A stretch of 47,312 nt of DNA, the filler included, from Catajapyx aquilonaris (taxonomy: Eukaryota): the NCBI GenBank assembly GCA_000934665.2. It is 2 parts of 2 records of this genome, joined end to end, with 100 filler letters (N's around TTAATTAATTAA, not from the genome) between each part and the next. Parts side by side here need not be neighbours in the genome. Positions count along the whole stretch, not along the records: positions 24,357 to 47,312 come from JYFJ02005779.1; 1 more part is not named here. One strand, given 5' to 3'. A model generated the notes under the pieces. It had not been told where the DNA came from. It saw nothing but the letters and a program-made list of their open reading frames with translations, and searched no databases. Made by a program: the position numbers and the translations under genes. Within the stretch, counting starts at the first letter, position 1. Every line of letters starts with the position of its first letter. Shown piece after piece: positions 38,794 through 47,312 of this stretch.

Positions 38794-39837
38794 GGTGGAT
38801 ATGAAGCTAAGGCTCACAATTTGACATCATTTTGAAATTCGCAGGGTTTATAGAGTAAGAAGCTCTCTTCCCAATGGTGGAAAAAAAATCACCCCTAACC
38901 GGGCAAATAAGCTCGCAAAATGGCTCAGAATGTGCCGACTGTCCATAAGCTCCAATGTTAAATTAAAACTTTATTTTAAAGCATCTTCACAATTTGACAG
39001 TTTGAAAGTAATATATGTGAAATGTGAAGAATAATATAGTAATTACAAAGAACGCAAAAAAAACATATCAAACCGAATGATTTAAATTGTTATCGTGGAA
39101 AAAAGAAAAATGGTGCGACGCTAGCCTGAGGCACGGGAGAAGTGGCAACATGGCCTCCTGCACGAATGGATGTTTCCATGGTAGTGTTTGTTTATTAAAG
39201 TGATTTTCCTACGAAATGGCGCGCAGAGTGTCCGAATTTGAAATATGTGATCACAACCAGTTAATAACCAGTGTAATAAATAAAATAAAAATTATAATTA
39301 GATGTTAAGACCAAAATGTTATCTCAGGACAAATAGACTATATTTCAACCTAGCCAGATCATCGTGCATTTGGAACGCGCGCCGAACGCGCCATCTTGGA
39401 CAGGGGGAGGGGCGAGACCGCGAGAGCGGCGTTGCCACTTTTATGTCAACAGTTGGTTACCAACTTACCGTAACTTAAAGCCTACACTTATCCCCCTCCC
39501 TTTCCGAAGATAATGTGTATTACGCAATGGATGTAACACGACATTGTAGAGCCTCGTAACTGTCACCCACTACCGTCGCCTTTGATCCTAAATATGCTGC
39601 CTATGGCAAACTAAAAATTCAGGCGTGTACATTCCAGTAGGTTGGCAATGTGTTGCAAGAGAATTAGGTTTTGCCCTGTAACAAATCGAGTTTACGGTGG
39701 ATTTTAAAATGGAATGCATATTATTCCTCAGCATCCACTACTGCATTAGATGCATGTGTTTCCCCGAATTTAACTGCTCTAATTAACGTTTTTGTTCTAG
39801 ACACTGAATTGACTAGGGAGGTAGCTTCATATCCACC
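38794..39837. mobile_element. Non-autonomous TTAA-targeting DNA transposon, Kolobok-like
   Basis: Perfect 16-bp TIRs GGTGGATATGAAGCTA / TAGCTTCATATCCACC with TTAA on both sides (38790-38793, 39838-39841). The purine-purine 5' end fits Kolobok. Confidence 0.75.
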
Positions 39838-39841
39838 TTAA

Positions 39842-40127
39842 CCCTGGAACCCTGCAGTGCCTGAGAGTATTACGGCAACCGTGTCGTGGGGTCTTTTCAG
39901 ACCTCACCATATTTTAATTTTTATTAATATTATTGTATAATACTTTTCAATGTATTGACTTATATACAATCATTCTTTGAACAATGCCTAAAATGATCGC
40001 TAATTCAAAATAAACATGCACTTCCTGTTATATACTGTATAAAAATGGCAAATGTTCATTGTAATTATCATTTTAATGCATTTTAATTCCTTGGGGTCCA
40101 AAAAGACCCCACGGCACGGTTCCAGGG
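39842..40127. mobile_element. piggyBac-like MITE
   Basis: CCCTGGAACC...GGTTCCAGGG ends flanked by TTAA. The TIR extends through GTGYCGTGGGGTCTTTT, and the left TIR is interrupted by a 29-bp insert. Confidence 0.8.
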
Positions 40128-40442
40128 TTAATGAAATGTGCAGTAATAAGGAAATGTCAACTGTCAATCACCGATTCCCCAGCATAATTGCAAGCGTGAA
40201 TCGCGCAACATTTGCACTAATCTATCCCACTTTATATCCCCGCTTGTTAGTTGAACAGTAAGTACCACGAGAACACTACGTGGTGCCCACCTAAACGAGA
40301 TAATTACCTTATTTTGCATTTTTGTGGATATTTCATTAATAAATGCAGTGGTGTGCATTATAAGCATAGGAAAGCAGAAAACTTGTGTATTCGTTGCAAA
40401 AAGAGGCGATCGGACCTCGGTTTTTCTGTGCCTGTTATATCC

Positions 40443-40678
40443 GGACATGGTGGCCGAGTGGTTAGCGCCGCAGCCTTCCACCTATAAGGTCCCGAGTTTG
40501 ATCCCCGGGTCGGACGGAGGATATTTATGTGGAGTTTCGATGGGTTCTCTCCGTGTTCGCGTGGGTTTTCTCGGGGTTCTCCCGTTTCCTCCCGCTATCA
40601 AAATCCATCACATTACAGGCAAATGATTAAAGTCGGATATTCAAAAGATGATCCCCAAGGGGCCTATCACGGGGTATC

Positions 40679-40745
<67 letters not shown>
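40443..40745 (+). mobile_element. tRNA-derived SINE with V-domain-like core and (ATT)n tail
   Basis: A box TGGCCGAGTGG (40451-40461) and B box GAGTTTGATCCC (40494-40505). The core TGTGGAGTTT...TTCTCTCCGTGTTCGCGTGGGTTTTCTCGGGGTTCTCCCGTTTCCTCCC resembles the V-SINE domain. (ATT)n tail at 40680-40745. Confidence 0.8.
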
Positions 40746-40786
40746 TGGCCCACTGTGCAGTCTAACAGTAGCATGAATATTCTCAC

Positions 40787-41246
40787 CCTTTTGAGTCAGG
40801 ACGGTCCACCTGGCAAACGCATTGTTGACATCAACAAATGCAGATTGAAGCACAGCCCTCAGGTCCGCCCCACCTCCGCCCTTGTCCAGCCAGTACAATA
40901 CGTGGTCCTTGAACTTATCCTTGCAGAACTGCGCACATTCGGGTCCACCGTGTCCGTCAAAGGCTGCCACCATAAGAATCTGCGGCTTAATCTCATCCAC
41001 AATGTACTGGTCCTCGTTATACGCGCGCTTCCCAATCTGCGAGGATACGCCAACATTCTCCGGCGACACTCTCGGCACAGGCAGTCCTCGCCTCAGACTG
41101 GTTTCGACCAACAGCGGAAGGTTGGAGCTTGTGTCCCATCCCCAGCTGCCCAACCGGTCCAGACGTTCACGCCTGGACGCTCTGTCGCCGAAGAAGCGGT
41201 GGAAAGGCGGCCTCACACGTCGTACTATGCATGGCAGAACCAGCAT
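40787..41246 (-). CDS. PPM1K: PPM1K-like, first coding exon
   Basis: ATG at 41246 and an Arg-rich presequence-like N-terminus, then VGVSSQIGKRAYNED and AAFDGHGG PP2C motifs. Donor GTGAGA at 40786. The joined CDS is 1053 nt in frame. Confidence 0.9.
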
Positions 41247-41514
41247 CTTCCCAACCTGTAGATAATTAGTATCAATTAATATTAGATCAATTATTATTTG
41301 GTAAATCAATCAGCAATAATGGCAGCTTATCAGATTTTTAGTGCTAATCAGTCTATGGATCGCACTGGGCAAAAAGCATACCACAAGCTTCGGCTACACA
41401 ATGCGGGACGGTACCGGGTCCTATCCGCCCCGGGGCATGCCCCTGGGCCGAGTTTCTTCGCCAAAATGAGCCGGAAACGTGAACTACTAACGACGTTCTA
41501 TCTTCCAGCCATGG

Positions 41515-41575
41515 ACGAACCAATCACGTGACTGTGACGTCACACGATGCTGTGATATACGAGCGGCCATGTTTG
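41515..41575 (-). promoter_or_regulatory. Putative PPM1K promoter motif cluster
   Basis: CCAAT (41520-41524), E-box CACGTG (41525-41530), palindromic CRE TGTGACGTCACA (41533-41544) and YY1-like GCCATGTT (41566-41573). These lie upstream of a putative 5' UTR exon (donor GTATGC at 41381, acceptor CTACAG near 41256). Confidence 0.55.
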
Positions 41576-41657
41576 TACAGTCTTGACTAGATGGCTTGAA
41601 CCGCGCGATTCAAACATAATTCAATGAACATTTTTTTTATTTGTAACGCAACGCTAC

Positions 41658-42398
41658 TTACAAATACGAACCAGTGAGCTGTTTCACAACATATCTTGCG
41701 CATGACCCCATGTACTTTTTGTGCCTGATTAGCCCCCCTATCTGAGCGTATCCTTGCCCGCAGTTTGGGCATGAGTATGGCTTCTCCCCGGTGTGTGTCC
41801 TGATGTGGGTCTCCATGTTGCACTTGTGCGAGAAGGTCTTGTCGCAATAAGAGCATGCAAATCGCTTCAATCCTGTGTGACTGTGACTGTGACTCTTCAG
41901 GTTGCTCAGCTGGTTGAAACGCTTGCCACAATCGGTGCAAATGAAGGGCAGATCCTGGGTGTGGATCAACATGTGACACTTAAGGTTGCCGCTCTGGGTG
42001 AACAGCTTCCCGCATCGGTCGCACAGATGTCGCCTCTCTTTGGAAGGTGGTCTGATGGTCACTATGATAGGATAGCTCGCCTTTTCAGCGCACATTTGCT
42101 CTTTATCTCTTTCCGCCTCTTCTTTGCTCTTCACCTCGCTCTGGTCTGCCATCATGTCGGACATTTTGCATCCATCGTCGTCCATCTTGTCTTCTACATA
42201 TTCCGGCTCATCTTTTACCTGGATTTCACTATCACCGACTTCCTTTTTGCATTCATGATTCTTCGTCGGACAATCTTCCATCTTGGATTCGCTGAGAGGC
42301 GCCGTCTTGTACGAAAGATCTTCTGGCTGGTCATACATTTTCTCTCCGTGATCGTCACCCACCTTGCATCCAACGTCAGACATCGTGTCTCCGCGCAT
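41658..42398 (-). CDS. C2H2 zinc-finger protein, 246 aa
   Basis: Acidic N-terminal half, three canonical C2H2 fingers and a fourth variant finger, TGEKPY linker. AATAAA at about 41637-41642 and a candidate upstream acceptor at about 42443. Confidence 0.88.
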   Translation of the reverse strand: MRGDTMSDVGCKVGDDHGEKMYDQPEDLSYKTAPLSESKMEDCPTKNHECKKEVGDSEIQVKDEPEYVEDKMDDDGCKMSDMMADQSEVKSKEEAERDKEQMCAEKASYPIIVTIRPPSKERRHLCDRCGKLFTQSGNLKCHMLIHTQDLPFICTDCGKRFNQLSNLKSHSHSHTGLKRFACSYCDKTFSHKCNMETHIRTHTGEKPYSCPNCGQGYAQIGGLIRHKKYMGSCARYVVKQLTGSYL

Positions 42399-45371
42399 CT
42401 TGTCACCAGACGAGACAAAATGAGACCAGTTCTCAGCCTTTCCTGCACAGAACTAAAATCTAATCACTACATATTTAGGGGCAACAATAGTTGTAGTAGG
42501 CCTACAGCACCCTGCTTACCTGTAGGCGAAGCCTATTCCAGCCTTTTCAATCCTCAAATTGACAGTATTAGTAGGCAGTATTGGCAGACAGGCTATAGAC
42601 GGACACGAGACAAAGCTATCGAACGTAGCATATTCTATAGTCAACAATCAACTGCGATAAACAATGATCGTCGATAGTAGGCATATAAACAAAGTTTGTT
42701 GACATGTTGGAGGTACCGTTAGCTGTTAACCGGTTGTTGTTGGAGAAACCAGACTTAGGTCCCTTGAATAACCTGCGAGCGTGTCTGGACTGACCAGTAT
42801 AGTAGTGCTCCTGGTCATTAAAATGTCATTTTATCGACGTCGCACCTTTCCCGCCGGCTCTTTGGCTGTTTCACCTTGTCCAAACGCATGCGCTAGGGGA
42901 TCTTTTTACCAACCACCCCCCTCACCCCAAACCCCCCCAACTGCTAAAGCCTTGGCCCACCCCAAAATCAAAATCGGAGGCGATAGCAGTGCATCGGCGC
43001 TCCTGTCTGCTCCACCATCCAGACAGACAACTCTTCCCAATCCCATCTTCCCAATCCATATTTGACCTCAACTTGACCCCCTCCAACTTGACCCATATTG
43101 TTGTGGAGTGACCCCCTACCATATTACCCACCCTACACCCGTGAGGAGGAAACGCCACAGGTTACCTCGGGTGTCATGCGACCAAGGTAGGAGCGGCACC
43201 AAAATGGGCGACAAGAAGAGAGGTACGCAAATTTTTGGAGCAAAAAAAAAAAAACCTGTCTATAACGGAATGTGCATATAGCCGAAACTTGTTTCTGGTT
43301 TCGCGACGATGAAATCCTGTCGCATGTATAGCGCAAACCTGTTTAGTGCAAAAGGTGGTGCGCATTTCCGCTTGGTATTTAGGCTTGTTGCCAATTTCTA
43401 AGACGAAATTACCCCCTAGTCGATTTTGGCGAATTTGGATTCATTACTGAGTTAATCGCGTGTATACTAATAAAGTTGGAATCGGTGGTATCCTGCGGGT
43501 CAGGCAACCTGCCAAACATCCCTGCTGAGTGGGTCACCTGGCCTGCAGGATGAAAGATCGCCAAATTCGACCATAGCCATCTTAGAAATTCGCAAGAATT
43601 TGTGAAAATCGAACATTTCGCATTATCCTGACTTGCCTAGAGCTAACTATGAACTTAAGTCACGTAAGTTATGTTTGACCTATATATCGGAAACTTGTTA
43701 ATTACGCACAAAAAAAATTGCGAAATGTGACATACGGTACATTTTGTGATTATTATAACATTGAAAGCCTTCGTTGTTTGTATAAGCGTTTTGATTGGTC
43801 CGCCGCATATTGTTACCGCGACACTTCCGATTGGTCCCCCTCACGCAACAATTTCAGTATAAACAAGTGTCCTTTTTGGTTGACACGTAACAGTGTTGAG
43901 ATCATATCAGTAGAAACTTGAAAAGTGGGAATTTCTGGGATATGTCCACCACCGCAAGCCGCAGGCCTAGAAAGAAGCGAGCGAAGCGATGGCTTTTTTA
44001 TAGTTCCATGCATTAAAATTGCACGTAAATGGACATTTTTTTGTGTGTGCTTAACTGTTCGCGGTGCAGATTTCGTTATGGACAGGTTTTGACCGCAATA
44101 TTTTTCAAAGCATGGTAACGAGTTTCGATCCGATGCCTTTTTTTGGTGTGTGTACTTGTGTGTGTGTGTGTGCGTCTGGCTGCTTCCGGCATAAAAATGA
44201 CAACAACACTGTTACCACGTAACAACCGACGGAGGATCGATTAACTAACTACATGGTGCCGAGGACATGACGGTGCGGCCGGTCCTGATTCGTGTAAGGG
44301 GAGGGGACCCGGAGGGGGGAATGATAATGAGACAATGCAATGTATGGGGCTCGGAGGTGGGGCGCAGGACACGGAAACCGGGATCGGCTGCAGGTACACT
44401 CACACCTAACCAGGACACGTATTGATTGGGCTGAATTACAGGTGTGTCGGACATTATACGCGGTACGGCCGTACATTCATATACAACGAAAAGTACATAT
44501 GCATTGCGATGTGTTCCGTACTAACACTCGCATCAGGATCGGTCTGTACATGAGATGATCGGTACAGTACCTGCTGTGTAGCCATATCATGTCTACTGGA
44601 GGGCACTAAGCTGTACGAAAGTGACAGTGAGACAATGCGACATGAGGCCCGTGCTCGGTACAGTACATTGACACCTTTTCAGTACAGCAGACCACTGACA
44701 CCTTTTCGGACACGTATGCGTATTGATTAGGGCCGGTTTTGAGGGCAGAAGCGCCAACCGGTATAAGCTTTGGTTCTGAATGTCGTACAGCGGTATGCAT
44801 TTGCTAATAGCCGTTGCAGACCTGCACTGGTTGCGACCTGCATTGCGGGCAACACTTGACACACTCTGTACTGGACAGTTCCGTGTGCATTGTATTGGAC
44901 ATATCAGTCTGTACCATATTTGTTGGTACCTACCTCTGCCGTACTGTCTGTTTACTTTGTGTGTACGCTGTACTTACAGAAATCAATACCGGCTGTCATA
45001 CCAGTGACACATTGTACCGCGTCAACCATCAACAGGTTTTAACCAATACTGGGGCAGAGTTCAAGTACAGGGTGAACAAAAAACAAATTAATTACTCATC
45101 AGCACAAACCTCGTTACACGATTAAACACGACCCAAATAAATTGTGTCCTCATAGTATACTGTTAGTACGGCCCAATTAAGCCTACTAATTATTCAACAT
45201 GTTTTTCGATGCTATTATTGTCGGGTTCATTGCTGGCATAGGTATAACAGGTGTACCAACCGGCATTCTATACATGCGGAATTGACTCGAGTATGTGCGT
45301 TTGTTTGTCCAGAGTTTTCATCGGCTATAGATAAATTTTTATACGAGTGCGCACCGCAGTTCGCGCAGCTT

Positions 45372-45670
45372 GCCCACACTGTAAACCGAAAAGCATTAAA
45401 AGAGCATCAAAAGAGCATCAACCATGAAGAAACAAATTTTTAATGCTCTTGTTATCCATTTTTGTTGATTAAACATAAAAAATATTACAAGAGCATTAAG
45501 GAGCATTAAAACTTGATGCTCCATGAGAGAGACTCTGCAGCGATGCTCTTTTAATGCTTTGATGACGCTCTTGTAATGCTTACTAGAGCATCACATGAGC
45601 ATTAGAAGAGCATTAAAAATTAATGTTCCAATGGATACTCGCAGTAGTGATGCTCTAATGGTTTGCGGTT
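45372..45670. repeat. Element with repeated GAGCAT(T/C)AA motifs in both orientations (subterminal-repeat MITE-like)
   Basis: About a dozen AGCATYAA / (A/G)ATGCTC motifs. Confidence 0.5.
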
Positions 45671-45706
45671 TATTTGCCATTATCAATGTTAGCTGGTAAG
45701 CATAAT

Positions 45707-45897
45707 GTGCACTTATTTCCAACGCTACCGTTGAAGGGGGGGGGGACAAAATGGCTGAGGTTGCGACGTTGCCAAAGGAACGATCCTCAGAGGCAGCTAC
45801 GAGGATGACTTTTTGTATGCAGGGTAGTAACTCTGGCAACGTCGCAACGTCAGCCATTTTGTCCCCCCCCCCCNGGTAGCGTTGGAAATAAGTACAC
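45707..45897. mobile_element. Foldback MITE with about 65-bp TIRs
   Basis: GTG(C/T)ACTTATTTCCAACGCTACC...(G)nACAAAATGGCTGA.GTTGCGACGTTGCCA and its reverse complement at 45834-45897. Confidence 0.8.
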
Positions 45898-46882
45898 CAC
45901 TACCCCTTAGCAGCGCCATATATGTGAATGATATGGTAGGCTACTCCCTACTTTCCAAAACTTGGCAATGTGGAACAGGCCTAATTTAGAAGGGATCGTT
46001 TGGCGAGGGAGGCAATTAAAATTCGGATCTGCATTACCTTCCCAGCGAATTAAAAAAGAAGAGAGAGAGAGAGAGGGTAAGGTGGGGCGGGGTGTGTGGG
46101 GAGGCTCACAGGTATACAGAGGGAATCGATCCGACTATGGCTCATTGTGCACTGCAAAATCCTCGTTTTCCTCTCTCATGTTCCTTTCCTCCTTACTCCA
46201 TGCCAATATCGGCAATGGAAACCATGCTTTCAGGAGAAAAAAAAGAGGGGGAAATCGCGAAAAGCCAATCACCGGTTTGCCCTCCCCAGTCTCTGGTAAT
46301 CCGGGATTAAATTCCGACCCGTTTGTTCCATTGTTCACTCTTTTTACGACTCCACTTCAACCGATCCGGATCGGTACCCTGCCCTTTTGCCTTCATAATG
46401 TTGGCAACCGTGCTGGCCACACGATTCAACCAATCAGAAGAATTTTTATAGACCGACTCTTAAACTACAGTTATCTCTTAACCAGCCCAGGTCGAAAGAA
46501 CAACGAAAACGAGCCTACTCACAACACTATACAGATGACTTTTTTTAAAAAATAAACCTATTGATGATTTTTTAATGAGCGCAACCGAGTGCGCAACACA
46601 GTTCGCACAAATTGTTTCCAACACTACGCTCGAGGGGGTGACAATATGGGCGACGTTCCCGAAGCTCTGGTCAGGGAGCATATACTACATACATGTATTG
46701 CCATGGCAGCCAAAACCATCAAAGATGGCGGACCTTTACCCTGCCTGTACCCTATGTATACCTCGTTGGCGTTGCCCCCGTTTCAAAATGGCCGCCAGCC
46801 TTGGCAACGGTCCCAAACAGAGAGGCGCGGACATCAAAGGCGCCGATCGAAGTTTGCGCCTCTTATGTAGTATAATTATTAT

Positions 46883-47104
46883 GGGCCGAATTCAGAGAGG
46901 TTGTTTAACGTAAGCGCGCCCGATTAAATCCTTTAGTCATCCTCGATTAGCAAATTTAAAAGTGCTAGCAAGTGCGATTAGGGGGCGTTTAGCGCTAATC
47001 GCCGTCTTTGTATTAGCAGCAGGTTGATTAAATTTGCTAATCGAGGATGACTAAAGGATTTAATCGGGCGCGTTTACGTTAAGCAACATCTCTGAATTCG
47101 GTCC
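46883..47104. mobile_element. PIF/Harbinger-like MITE
   Basis: About 75-bp TIRs starting GGGCCGAATTCAGAGA and ending TCTCTGAATTCGGTCC, with the 3-bp direct repeat TAT on both sides. Confidence 0.75.
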
Positions 47105-47312
47105 TATATGTTCCCTGCTCTGATGTGAATTTGGCCTCTGAGAAGTAACTGTGGCAACGCTGTCGTCGGAACAACGGACTTGCGCCAGTGTGGGTGCGCA
47201 CTCGGTTGATCTCGCAAAAAAAAATCATAAATAGTGCAACCGAGTGCGCACCCACATTCGCGCAGCTCCATTGTTCCGTCAACAACGTTGCCATAGTTTC
47301 TCCTCAGGACCC

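Noticed and set aside
40443..40515. Possible tRNA gene
   Set aside because: A and B boxes are present, but the sequence continues into a SINE core and tail and I could not fold a proper cloverleaf.
40527..41261. 244-aa plus-strand ORF with poly-Ile, and the poly-Asn tail of ORF 40641..41309
   Set aside because: Antisense shadow of the first PPM1K coding exon plus the SINE (ATT)n tail. The real exon ends at the donor at 40786.
41793..42677. 294-aa plus-strand ORF
   Set aside because: Antisense to the zinc-finger CDS, with no recognisable motifs.
45962..46555. 197-aa ORF
   Set aside because: Non-ATG start, crosses low-complexity GA/A runs, no domain signal.

Overview
Eukaryotic genomic DNA, probably from an invertebrate animal, with an assembly gap at 24257-24356 that holds an artificial-looking TTAATTAATTAA linker. 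Right half: two apparently intact minus-strand genes, a C2H2 zinc-finger gene (41658-42398) and directly downstream a PPM1K-like PP2C phosphatase with three coding exons (41246-40787, 36922-36753, 36588-36166; about 350 aa). Its 3.9-kb intron is packed with mobile elements (Merlin remnant, Kolobok-like and piggyBac-like TTAA elements, V-SINE-like SINE). The right half also has an eIF2-alpha-kinase-like pseudogene with a quadruplicated catalytic loop, decayed hAT transposase pieces and several MITEs. Left half (about 0.5-23 kb): no intact gene. It is a patchwork of diverged, reshuffled, co-oriented copies of a few sequence modules that encode decayed C2H2-finger proteins, plus a Polinton/Maverick-type PLA2X fragment. 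It is best read as a candidate ancient endogenous viral or Polinton graveyard, possibly piRNA-cluster-like. All homology calls come from reading motifs by eye, not from database searches, and boundaries of decayed features are approximate.
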